A DNA stretch of 64,000 bases from Macrostomum lignano. Its lineage: Eukaryota. The stretch lies in NCBI GenBank assembly GCA_002269645.1, contig NIVC01002176.1:124001-188000 (forward strand). Direction: 5' to 3'. Below, in pieces: positions 50,563-61,432 of this stretch. The translations under genes were made by a program, and so were the position numbers. Every line of letters begins with the position of its first letter. Position 1 is the first letter of the stretch. The notes under the pieces are model-generated. The model was given only the letters and a program-made list of their open reading frames with translations, was not told the origin of the DNA and ran no database searches.

Positions 50563-52390
50563 CAGGGGCGTCGCCATGGATTTTATGTGTGGGGACGAAG
50601 CCAAGAATTCTACATGCACAGGATTTAATTCGTAAATGCGCATTGTTTTGAGAATCGGTATCGTTAGCGCTCATTTCGGCACCGTAGGCACTTGTATTGG
50701 CGCCGCAGGCAGGCACTCATTTTGGCGCCGCAGGGAGGCACTCATTTTGGCGCCGCAGGCAGGCACTCATTTTGGCGCCGCAGGGAGGCACTCATATTGG
50801 CGCCGCAGGCAGGCACTCATTTTGGCGCCGCAGGCAGGCACTCATTTTGGCGCCGCAGGCAGGCACTCATTTTGGCGCCGCAGGGAGGCACTCATTTTGG
50901 CGCCGCAGGCAGGCACTCATTTTGGCGCCGCAGGCAGGCAATCATTTTGGCGCCGCAGGCAGGCACTCATTTTGGCGCCGCAGGCAGGCACTCATTTTGG
51001 CGCCGCAGGGAGGCACTCATTTTGGCGCCGCAGGCAGGCACTCATTTTGGCGCCGCAGGCAGGCACTCATTTTGGCGCCGCAGGCAGGCAATCGTTTTGG
51101 CGCCGCAGGGAGGCACTCATTTTGGCGCCGCAGGCAGGCACTCATTTTGGCGCCGCAGGGAGGCACTCATTTTGGCGCCGCAGGGAGGCACTCATTTTGG
51201 CGCCGCAGGCAGGCACTCATTTTGGCGCCGCAGGCAGGCAATCATTTTGGCGCCGCAGGCAGGCACTCATTTTGGCGCCGCAGGCAGGCACTCATTTTGG
51301 CGCCGCAGGGAGGCACTCATTTTGGCGCCGCAGGCAGGCACTCATTTTGGCGCCGCAGGCAGGCACTCATTTTGGCGCCGCAGGCAGGCAATCGTTTTGG
51401 CGCCGCAGGGAGGCACTCATTTTGGCGCCGCAGGCAGGCACTCATTTTGGCGCCGCAGGGAGGCACTCATTTTGGCGCCGCAGGCAGGCACTCATTTTGG
51501 CGCCGCAGGCAGGCACTCATTTTGGCGCCGCAGGGAGGCACTCATTTTGGCGCCGCAGGGAGGCACTCATTTTAGCGCCGCAGGGAGGCACTCATTTTGG
51601 CGCCGCAGGCAGGCACTCATTTTGGCGCCGCAGGGAGGCACTCATTTTGGCGCCGCAGGCAGGCACTCATTTTGGCGCCGCAGGGAGGCACTCATTTTGG
51701 CGCCGCAGGGAGGCACTCATTTTGGCGCCGCAGGCAGGCACTCATTTTGGCGCCGCAGGCAGGCACTCATTTTGGCGCCGCAGGCAGGCACTCATTTTGG
51801 CGCCGCAGGCAGGCACTCATTTTGGCGCCGCAGGCAGGCACTCATTTTGGCGCCGCAGGCAGGCACTCATTTTGGCGCCGCAGGCAGGCACTCATTTTGG
51901 CGCCGCAGGCAGGCACTCATTTTGGCGCCGCAGGGAGGCACTCATTTTGGCGCCGCAGGCAGGCACTCATTTTGGCGCCGCAGGCAGGCAATCATTTTGG
52001 CGCCGCAGGCAGGCACTCATTTTGGCGCCGCAGGCAGGCACTCATTTTGGCGCCGCAGGGAGGCACTCATTTTGGCGCCGCAGGCAGGCACTCATTTTGG
52101 CGCCGCAGGCAGGCACTCATTTTGGCGCCGCAGGCAGGCAATCGTTTTGGCGCCGCAGGGAGGCACTCATTTTGGCGCCGCAGGCAGGCACTCATTTTGG
52201 CGCCGCAGGGAGGCACTCATTTTGGCGCCGCAGGGAGGCACTCATTTTGGCGCCGCAGGCAGGCACTCATTTTGGCGCCGCAGGCAGGCATACATTTTGG
52301 CGCCGCAGGCAATCATTTTGCATGGCGCCGCATCCAGGCAATCCTTTTGGCATCGCGCAGGGAGGCGCTCATTTTGTAGTGGGGGGGGGG
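50563..52390. mobile_element. hAT MITE of the same family as 46467-46768 (opposite orientation) with an internally amplified satellite; distal end not found
   Basis: 50563-50700 (CAGGGGCGTCGCCATGGATTTTATG..GACGAAGCCAAGAATTC..TTTTGAGAATCG) aligns to the reverse complement of ~46620-46768. Confidence 0.8.
50690..52310. repeat. 25-bp satellite (GCAGG[C/G]AGGCACTCATTTTGGCGCC), ~65 copies
   Basis: Tandem units; 25-aa periodic ORFs in three frames. Confidence 0.97.
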
Positions 52391-53950
52391 TTGGCTGTTG
52401 CTGAGTATGCATAAATGTGTCCTTAATTTTTCAGCTGTTGATTCAGTAGAATTTTAGTCTAAGTCCGCAACTGATCTGTTTTCTGCGTGTACTGCAACAC
52501 GCTCGTAGTCCATCTAAGCAATCGCTGGACTAGTAGGCCTGGACTAGCGGAGTCGACCGCGGTTAGTACGCCTATGTACGCTGCAAATATACCTGTAGCG
52601 GTTATTAAAAACTATTTAGAGAAGACAATGGAGTTAGTGCATGAACTTCTTTAACCATTGTCTGAAAATAATCAGAGATGCATGCAGCATTGCGCTTTGT
52701 GAAGATATCATTGATACGTGGCAGGCTGGCAACCCGCACAGCAAGCAATCCATCGTCGATGCAATGTAAAGGTGAAGCTGAAGCTTGCAATCCAATGATT
52801 ACTCGTAAGATATCCTCGGTCTTTCCTCTATTGATCTGTAGAATATTTTAAAATGTTGCGATTGTACATGCATACCACTAAAGGAAAGACTAGATTTGAT
52901 TTTGTTCCATGATTTTACGGAGGCTTAAACTTTATAGAGTTCTTTTAACAAAAACTGTTAAGCCAATTTGTAGTGTTCTGTTAGTTTTATTCTCTAAATT
53001 GTTAATTGGATTTCTCCGGTCATTTAAATACAATTAAATTCGTAGAGATGCTACACATTCTTTACGAGTACATGCAGGCATTTCCCAGTCCTGACAATGA
53101 GTTTGACTGCTCCTTTGTAATCTAATCAAAGTCAAGCGACTTTGCCAACAAATCGTTTGCCACTTTGCTACGGTTTCAGCGAAGCCTTTCGCAAAATTCT
53201 TGTGTGGTTTACGTGCAGCTAAAATAGACTACCGAGGACGGCCAAGGCATCGAGAGCTGCCCGAGAAGAAGGCCCGCTGCAGTGTCAGCTCAAGCTAAAT
53301 GGTCTCAAAGTGAGATATGATTAAACGACCAAGCCTGCAGGGGAGTCTCCCCCGAGCACAATTGTAGCAGACCTCGGTAACAGAGGCCAAGAAAGGCGGA
53401 CGGACTAACTGATACCGATAATAATTAGTTTATAAGAAGCCTATCGTTTGACGACCAATATTACTCAAAAACTGCAGAAACCATTTAAAACGAGAAAAAA
53501 ACCAATTGATAAACAGGAAAAGCTTATTTACCAATTAGAATTCATAACTGAATATATATAGAGAACGTATTATTTGCTTTATTAACATGTTCATATATGA
53601 AATACTTTCAGTCTGGATTTTAATCATCCAAATATGAAAGCTAAATAAATAAACATTGATATTATTAACATTTGCTCAAAATAGTTTTTAAGCGCGGAGT
53701 CAATTAACAGCCAATAGCATTATTCATTAAGCAGAGCGATTCCCCCTACTTCAAGTAGCATAGATGACGTTTCATACGAAATTAGGATTATCAAAACAAA
53801 AATTACCTGGCAATCAGAAGCCATAGCGGATCAGTTCAGAAGACTTTTGGCCCAAATACTTAATTAGTCAAGACTTAAAACTTCCACTTTCCATGGCTTG
53901 CTCCGCCCACCCAAAGAGTCGACAAGACCCGAATTTGTTAAACTTTGCAG

Positions 53951-54376
53951 TCACCGCAACCGCGAACTGACATCCTGAAACTCCCTGTCCGCCTCCTTCT
54001 TCTTTTTAAGAAACTTCTCAGCCTTGCCCCTGTCCTTCTCCTGCAAAGCCGATTTGGCGTGCTGAGCATAGGTGGCCGACAACTGCTGCAGCACTGAGCA
54101 GTACTGCCGCTTCTCAGCCTCGCCACAGTTGGCCAGCAGCTGCTTGTGCTGGGCGAGGCGCTGCTCAAGGCCTCTGACTGCTTCGGCAGCTTTCGAGTTC
54201 GTGCCAGCGTGCGGCTTCAGCAGGCTGATCTCGTACTGCAGCACGTAGGCGCTGCTCTCCGGCACTGAGCCCTGAGGATGGCCAGCCCGACTGCCGCCTG
54301 CTCTGCTGGCCGATGCCTGGCGGCTTGGCGGCAGCTCCTGGTTGGTGTGCTCAATTAGCAGCCACTGCTCACGGAC
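53951..54376 (-). CDS. Terminal coding exon of a CC2D1A/B (lethal giant discs)-like gene; upstream exons not seen in the window
   Basis: Acceptor TCCTTCAG followed by VREQWLLIE..SSAYVLQYEISLL..GEAEKRQYCSVLQQL..YAQHAK..DRGKAEKFLKKK..ADREF-stop. This resembles, from memory, the post-C2 C-terminus of CC2D1 proteins (ERWLVID..SLSVL..G..RREY..QL..Y..AA..R.AAKEAL....VESEL). Confidence 0.6.
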   Translation of the reverse strand, partial: VREQWLLIEHTNQELPPSRQASASRAGGSRAGHPQGSVPESSAYVLQYEISLLKPHAGTNSKAAEAVRGLEQRLAQHKQLLANCGEAEKRQYCSVLQQLSATYAQHAKSALQEKDRGKAEKFLKKKKEADREFQDVSSRLR

Positions 54377-54436
54377 CTGAAGGAAGAGGAGTGAGGGATG
54401 GCATAGATCTAGGGATTGTTGAGTGGAACAATCCAT

Positions 54437-54715
54437 GACGGGGTTGTAGCCTAGTGGTTAGAGCGACTAAAAGGTTGGGAGTTCGATTCGCGACCAACTC
54501 GGAACAATTTGTGTCCTTGAGCAGTCACTTAACTCTGCATTGCTTCAGTTCACCCAGCTGTAAAAAGTGTGTGTGGCGATCCCAGTCTTTTGGCTTTAAA
54601 AAGCGGTACGCAGCCTTCAGAAGCGCCGCGGAATAGCTGCGGCTGAGCTGTCGGTTGCACATTTGTCTATTAGGGCAGGTGTAGTCAATTTTTATTATTA
54701 GTATTAGTTATTATA
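54437..54715 (+). mobile_element. tRNA-derived SINE with a V/Meta-like central domain
   Basis: Pol III A box TAGCCTAGTGG (54447-54457), B box GTTCGATTC (54481-54489), then GTGTCCTTGAGCAGTCACTTAAC..CACCCAGCTGTAAA, AT-rich TTA-like tail. Confidence 0.7.
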
Positions 54716-55139
54716 AGTTTAAGTAATTAAAATTTCGCTAAGAGCGCTTTCGAAAAGAAAAATTTTCATCGAATTAGCTGTTAATAATCTGTTTGACGCG
54801 CCCAGCTCTTGTTTTTGCTTGGAGTTGTTTTCCATTTATGCTCGCGAATCAAGCGGATGCGACAAGGGCATAGAAACCCCACACAAGGGGCCAAGGACAT
54901 TCAGACCATAGAGAGCTTAATTTAATGGCTATTATTTTATGTGAAATCAGATTGCTTATTTTTGGGATATTCCATCTGGTCGACCGTGGTTTCGGGCGGG
55001 GGTGCGGGGGCAGAGCCGTTTGAAGACCATTAAATGATTTTTTGGTCCCGGTATAGAAGTATTTGTACCATAGACTATTGATTCTTTGCTGCGAAGGCGC
55101 CCATTAAAGGTCAATTAAATAAGCAATCGGATTTTATAT

Positions 55140-55226
55140 TTTCATGAAACTGTAATCGCTGTCACTTATCACTTGTAACTTGTAATTTGTCACTTGTCAC
55201 TTGTACTTGCTTCATGAAATCGGCCC
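55140..55226. mobile_element. Isolated right end of a second PIF/Harbinger-like element
   Basis: ACTTGT(C/A) subterminal repeats, then CATGAAATCGGCCC followed by CAG; related to the TIRs at 55252 and 59774. Confidence 0.5.
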
Positions 55227-56080
55227 CAGGTATTGAAAAGTTTCAAGCCAGGGGTGGATTTCATTAAGCCACTTGTCAGACAAATTACAAGTGACAAGTG
55301 GCAATTCCGACAAGTAATATGTTTCATGAGAAGTTATGACAAATTAACAAGTTACAAGTAACAAGTGACAATCTGTCAAGCGCTATCCTGGCCACTTGTA
55401 AACATTGACTACGCTTTTGTCGCCAAGCAATCACTGGGATTCTATGGAGCACATGGCCCTTGTATGAAATTTGAAAAGTGGTCCGTGCACTTGTCAAGTG
55501 TGCATTTAAACTCCACTATCAATTTTGCGAGCCATCAGCGTGATGTTTAGCGATAGTGAGGATGAGGACGATTGGTTGTTTAAACAAGCAGGGCCCGCGC
55601 AGTGAATCTTCAAAGAAAGAATAAATTTTCACCCTCGTGGATTGGACTTTTCGGAAAGATTTCGCCTCTCCGCAAAACAAGGGGAGAGTCTGCTGGAGTC
55701 AGTTGGTCCCGTGTTAACATTTGACTTGTTAAAAAAAGGTGCCTTGACCGCAAAGGAGCAGCTTTTTTGGCTTCTTTGTCCTTCATTTAAAATAGGGAAA
55801 AATGTGTCAGATGACAAATAGGGAGACTAAACAAACATCTTCGACGAGATTAAAGATGCAGAAAAGCCTGTTCACTCAGAATAAAACTAGATCTTAATTC
55901 GACAGTCTATGGCCAGACTGAGAGATCGGTTAACAAACTGAGCCAAGAAATTCTAAATCTAAACTGGAATAACAACTGAAATAGCGGTGAGGACTTTTTA
56001 TACAAGATAAGGCTTATCGCGATTGCCACAGACATAGGGAGGATTCGTTTGCCTACGTTACGTTTACGTTTTGTTACGTT

Positions 56081-56650
56081 TTGATGGGTAAGATTCAGTC
56101 TGACGACATCGAAGCGCGGTTCGGATGGATTCGTCAACTCAGTGGAGCCAATTACTTCATTTCGATGCGGCAACTTACCGAGAGTGACAAAAAGATTAAA
56201 GCTATTTCGCTTCTCAGATATTCAGGTCTGACAGTGCGCGATCTGGACAAAGCGCTTCTGAAAAGGACCTGTCCGGATAGTAACAAGACACGCAAACTGG
56301 CGGCTGAGATTCGTGAAGAAGCTTGTCTTAACTGTCTACCGGACGAAAGTAACACGGCCATAGTTTATTATGTTAGTGGTTTCTGCGCGCGTTCGTTAGT
56401 TAGAACGAACAAGTGTGAATCATGCAAACATACTCTGGTGTGCGAAAATCCGATTGTTGACTTTGAATTTGAAGAGACGTCTCAAATGAAAGAATCGTCG
56501 GAATTTCTTCGTGAAATCGATCGAGGTGGTCTCTTCTGGCCGCAGGAGCATCTGTTTCAGTTGGGCATGCTGTGATGGCGTGTCTTTACAGAAGTCAAGA
56601 ACACACCCAACCTTAAGCACAAATTTCTGTCAGCTTTCAATCAAACTTTG
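56081..56650 (+). mobile_element. P-element/THAP9-superfamily transposase C-terminal fragment
   Basis: GKIQSDDIEARFGWIRQLSGANYFIS, VYYVSGFCARSL..CESC, IDRGGLFWP; in-frame stop at 56573-56575. Confidence 0.75.
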
Positions 56651-56659
56651 ATTGGAAGT

Positions 56660-58639
56660 CAAACAAATCAAACTTTGACTTGTTCGACGAGATCAAGAAG
56701 GTCGCCTTTCTTCGGCCGGTAGAAACACGTTGGCTGCAACTTCTTCCAGTCGTTCAGCGTGTGCTTCGCATGTATCAACCGATTGTCCGCTTCTTTTCTG
56801 ACTCAAAGACAAAGGCTACTGGCGCCAACTTTGCCGCTATTAAGGCTGACGTGCGAGACCCCAAGGTTGAGTTTTTTCTGACTTTTCTAGCAGAGGTTCT
56901 CCAGCCACTGCAGCAATTCGAGATGCTGTTTTAACAGCAGGGTTGCCAGATTCATCATCTGTATTCGCAGCTCGTGGATGTTACCAAGCGCTGGCTCCTA
57001 CGCTTTGTAAAACAGAGAAGCTGCCAAAGAAGAAGCTTTCGAAGCTGGACATCGCGGACGAGTCAATTTGGCTGCCGCCATACGAGATCAGCATGGGTGA
57101 ACCTGCCAAGCGTCATTTTGTTGACAGGACAGGAGAGAATCAGCAGGAGTGTCTTGTGTCTGTGAAGGCATTCTTCAGGACTGGTACAGCCAAGCTTTTC
57201 GACTATCTGCCGCTAAATAACAGCATTCTCTGCGCCTGCCAGCTCCTCGATCCCAAGAAGCAAGGCAGCAAAGATTTTGTGCAATGGGCTTCCACCTTGG
57301 CCAAACATCTGCCAGTGGTTGTGCCCGACACGGAGATCGGCAACTTGGAGACTGAGGCGCGCCTTCACCAACTTCACCTGAAGGAGACACCAGGCACAGG
57401 CACAGCCATGGACATGACTGTGACAGACTTCTGGAGTTACATTGCCGCTGACACGGACAGAAGTCGTCCTCTCCTATTGCGTCTGGTCCAAGCGTTGCTT
57501 GTTCTGCCTCATGGCAACGCAGATGTGGAACGCGTGTTCAGCAGTCTAAGTGATGCTGTCACGAAGAAGCGCTGCAGTCTTGCACCACAAACAGTGAAGG
57601 CGATTCTAGTAGCCCACTCCTGCCTGCAGGTGAAGCAGTGGTCTGCAGCAACTATTCCGATTGTTCCACAGCTGCAGAACATGTGTGCCAGTGCTTGTGC
57701 TGCTTATCGTCAGCGCCTGCAAGACGAGAAGATTGCTGCCGAGCGGGAACGAACACAGCAACTGGAAGCCAGTGTCGTGACGGAGCTGCAGGCTGAGAAG
57801 AAAGCCAGCAAAAAGTGTACACGCACCTGGACAAGTCGCTGGAGCAGGTCGAGCTGGACATCCAGCGGAAGCAAAAGGAGAAGGAAGACTCCCATAAGCT
57901 GCTTCACGAGTTGACGGCGGCCACCAAGAGCAAGGACGCCGAGATTGAAGAACTGAGGCGTCAGCAGCAGAATGTGCAGAAGAAGAAGCAGAAGGAGGCA
58001 GAGAAGCTAGCTGAGCTCGTCTTGAAGCGCAAGGCTGCTGAGCTGCTGTCAACGTCGTCAATCACCAGCACGAGCAGTCGTCTGTCTGCAGACATCGCCA
58101 ACAAGAAGTTCAGGCGGGACACGGCTGGGACTTGAGAGACATGCTAATTGGTAGCCAGACGCATGCTGCTAATGACAACTGTTGCAAATTGGAAATTGCA
58201 CGTCATGTGTGACTGTGAAGTTCACGTCATACAACAAACTATTTTAACTGATTTATTTTTTTTGCATATACAGTGTCTTGTAATTGTGAATTCGCCAACA
58301 TGCATATTCAGCACAATGCTTACTTTTCTTTCTGCGGCAATCTTTCTTTTGTCTGTGTTGTCTGGTTTGTTTGTTGTCTGGCTTGTTTGTTATCTGGATT
58401 GGACAAATCACAAGTATAAAGCAAAATTATGCATCTTAACAAGTGTCATCAATTGACTTATTTGGCTGTCAGTAGAATATTATTGGCATGGCGCGAAAAC
58501 TTTCAGTCGGCGCGAAATTTGGCAAACTTTCCAATCACACCACTGAATCAAAGGGAGACATTTTATTTCGTGATGGACCTCGTGCTGACAGATCATGGTG
58601 ACTTTCTATTTGGTAGGACACACTGCACCGCTGGCCCTG
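56660..58639 (+). mobile_element. 5'-truncated hAT transposon (decayed transposase plus right end)
   Basis: LRPVETRWLQL, FFLTFL..VLQPLQQF, dimerisation motif ALLVLPHGNADVERVFS..KKRCSL; stop and frameshifts; right end CACTGCACCGCTGGCCCTG (rc CAGGGCCAGC..) ending at 58639. Confidence 0.82.
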
Positions 58640-60053
58640 ATCTGGCCATGGTCCGCGAGATAATCAACAGGTTTTTTCAATTGCATGTCCAAGATGCTAA
58701 CAAAACAGATTAATCAAGCTGAGACAAACAAAACATTGAAGAGGAAGTTTACGAAACTGCAAAAACTCACAGGTGGGAAGCATTGATTTTGATGCGTGGT
58801 GCCCACTAACAATTTTGCGTATAGCCAGACTGGCGTAACTGGCCTGGCAAAAGTGAGATTCATTTAGTTTTATTGCTGTATTCTTTCTCTGCTTGCCAGA
58901 CATTTCTGAATTGTGCTTACAGTTTTTGTTTCTTTTTGTTTGCTCTTCGATGCATTTTCTCAACACAGTTTATAAGCCATCTATTCTTGCTTTGCTTGCT
59001 TGACATACTCCTGTGCCTACTTGTGTTACATCTAGAAATTGATATAATTTCAACGTCTTCTTAAGTCGCGTTTCATTCCTCTGCTTTTGTTATTGTTTCG
59101 GAAGTATATTTTTGTAAGGGGTTTTTCAGTAATGAGGCGAGAGCAAGGCGGCGGTTCAACTGGTTAATGGGTTTATAGAATAATGTTATTGGAATCTAGA
59201 AAAGATTCGTGAAGAGATTCCAGCTGAGCTGCTGTATATTTATAATGTTGAGATGCTCTTCCGGAAAGTTCTAGAAATATATAATGCATTATAACAAAAT
59301 GATTATTAAGAAAATACTGCTAGTTATTTATCGCTAGTTTTACCCACAGACTGCGAATACTTGTTAATTATTAAATATATTGAAATGCAGTAAATGAGAA
59401 ATTGCTTCAGACACAGAACTTTCTAGAAAACGTACGAATAGAAATTTCTCGAAGGTCACTACACTTTGAAATACGATCCTTCTTTTTGAATACTCTGTGT
59501 TTACATCGCACGCTTGCGATCTCTAATCTTGGCCTCATCTTGTATAGCTGATATTTCAGTTTTTATTCCAGTTGCTAGATTTAGAATTCCTTGACTGGGC
59601 GATAAGATCTACACATTTCGGCCCATAGACATGAGTTTCGAGCGAGCACTTTTGAAAATTGTCAATCGTTTCCTAAAAGCTTCATAAATCCGAAAAAGCT
59701 ACAATTTGTCCCTCGTCACTTGTCACTTGTCAAATTGTCGCTTGTCACTTGTAGTTTTCTCATGAAATCCACTCCAGTAGGGCAGTCATGCAGAACTGAC
59801 GACTTCGAGAAATGCGAAAAAAACAGATGGAGAGGCAGAGCCATGGGGATGCGTTAACCGTGAGGGCAAGAAACAAGTCAAGAAGGGGAGCAGCTGGTTG
59901 GCGCATTGTCTTTTACTAGCTCAGCCTCGCATGCGCCCCGCCCCGCAGTCCCGAGTAACCATGGGAAAGTTTTTGTCACGCAAATAAAAAAGAACATACG
60001 ATGGTGAGAATAGGGACGGAGTTGAACCGCTCGTGCTAAGCGAATTCGACAGC

Positions 60054-61432
60054 ATGTCTCGATTCCTACTAGCTGTTGGATTCTCCCTGTGCCTGCTGAC
60101 TGTTGTCAGCGCCGAGACTGGTACGTTGCATTAACAGATAAGACTGTCTTCTTTCAGAACTCGTATATCTTTGATCAATACTCGCACATGTCAAGTTGAT
60201 GCGCAAAATGTTTCATTGCAGTTTTTTACACTGATGAGGCTATCCAGACAACATCTACTCCAACGACGGTAGCGTCTGGTGGCAGCCTGACCGAGTGCGC
60301 GCTGAAATGCAAGCTGCAATTCCTGAAGGGCTGCTCCGCTGCCGCCTTTGTATCTGGGACGCAAAAATGCCTCCTCGCGGACACAACCAATGCCGACTTT
60401 CCTGGCGGAGTAGCTGTCCGAAAGCAAGCTGCGAGCACTCGTAAGAAGCTGAATGCGATGGCTGTTAAGTTTGGCTACGCTTTACTTTAACCAAATCACT
60501 TCAGACCTTACCGTGTTCCAAACAGAAAATAGCTGTTAATTTGTGCACAAACTTAGCAACCATATGTTGATTAATGTTCACCTTACTAAGAGTAAGTGTA
60601 TGTCATTATCCGCCACAACTGTGATATTTTAGAATACTTAATAGCAACTTAAAATGAGTGTAGCAACCAAAAGTTATACTTTTTGAGCACAGTTACATGT
60701 AGACTGCTCAATATATTACAGCTATTCTCTGTCGGCAACTAACGAATGAGTTCGAAAAGAATTCAATGACAACAGAGAATTGATTGCGATTATTTTTCAG
60801 AAGACCCAGTTCAAATCGAAGGCCGAACATTTAAAATCATTCAACACCGATCGAAGGGAGTGCTCAGCTTCGGTCGCGGATGGACTGAGTATGAGGACGG
60901 CTTTGGAGATGAGACCGACTTCTGGATTGGTGAGCAGTAATGGATTGTCACCAGAAAGGAATACATGCCATAGTTAAGGTGTCATATCAAATACATTTTG
61001 AGGTCTGAGAAAAATTCACCAGCTGACCGGAAGCTCGCCGAAGCTTCTGCGAGTCGAGGCCGTCACCTGGTCGGATGAGCTGTACGTCTGTGAGTACTCC
61101 GGCTTCACGGTGGCCGATGCCAGCACGAACTACACCATGACCTACACTTCGTACCTGAGCAGCAGCTCCAACACGACTAGCGACTCGCTTGCGGATAACA
61201 AAGGGAGGCAGTTCTCCACAATTGACCGCGACAATGACCAAATCAGTAGCTCCTGCTCTGCTGCGCGTGGCAACTCCGGTTGGTGGTTTAAAAGCTGCTC
61301 AAAGTCCAACCCGAACGGAATTTATCACGCCTCTCCGAAGAATAATATGAGAACTATATTTATTGGATAGGCGCTACAGGTAACAGTGTGTTGACACTGA
61401 AGAGCATCCGACTCATGCTACAGCTGGCCTGA
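60054..61432 (+). pseudogene. Family II PAN-FReD copy D (exons 60054-60120, 60222-60440, 60801-60929, 61003-61432) with a 1-nt frameshift near 61350; pseudogene or assembly error
   Basis: Signal MSRFLLAVGFSLCLLTVVSA; PAN core CALKC..GCSAAAFV..KCLL; FReD intact to NPNG. It then stops at 61368-61370, while the shifted frame continues ENYIYWIGATGNSVLTLKSIRLMLQLA-stop. The last acceptor is an atypical GAG. Confidence 0.8.

Larger units (their letters stand above)
55252..59774 (+). mobile_element. PIF/Harbinger element shell (4.5 kb) carrying nested transposon fragments
   Basis: TIRs GGGTGGATTTCAT / rc GAGTGGATTTCAT; CAG target duplication at 55249-55251 and 59775-59777; ACAAGT/ACTTGT subterminal repeats at both ends; decayed transposase N-terminus at ~55545-55725 (IFKERINF..FSERFRLS..LLESVGPVL). 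Confidence 0.75.

Noticed and set aside
50636-52414. 570-592-aa repeat ORFs
   Set aside because: The 25-bp unit cycles through all frames with no stop; MITE-derived satellite
54437-54510. tRNA gene
   Set aside because: A and B boxes are present, but there is no complete cloverleaf or acceptor stem and a SINE body follows
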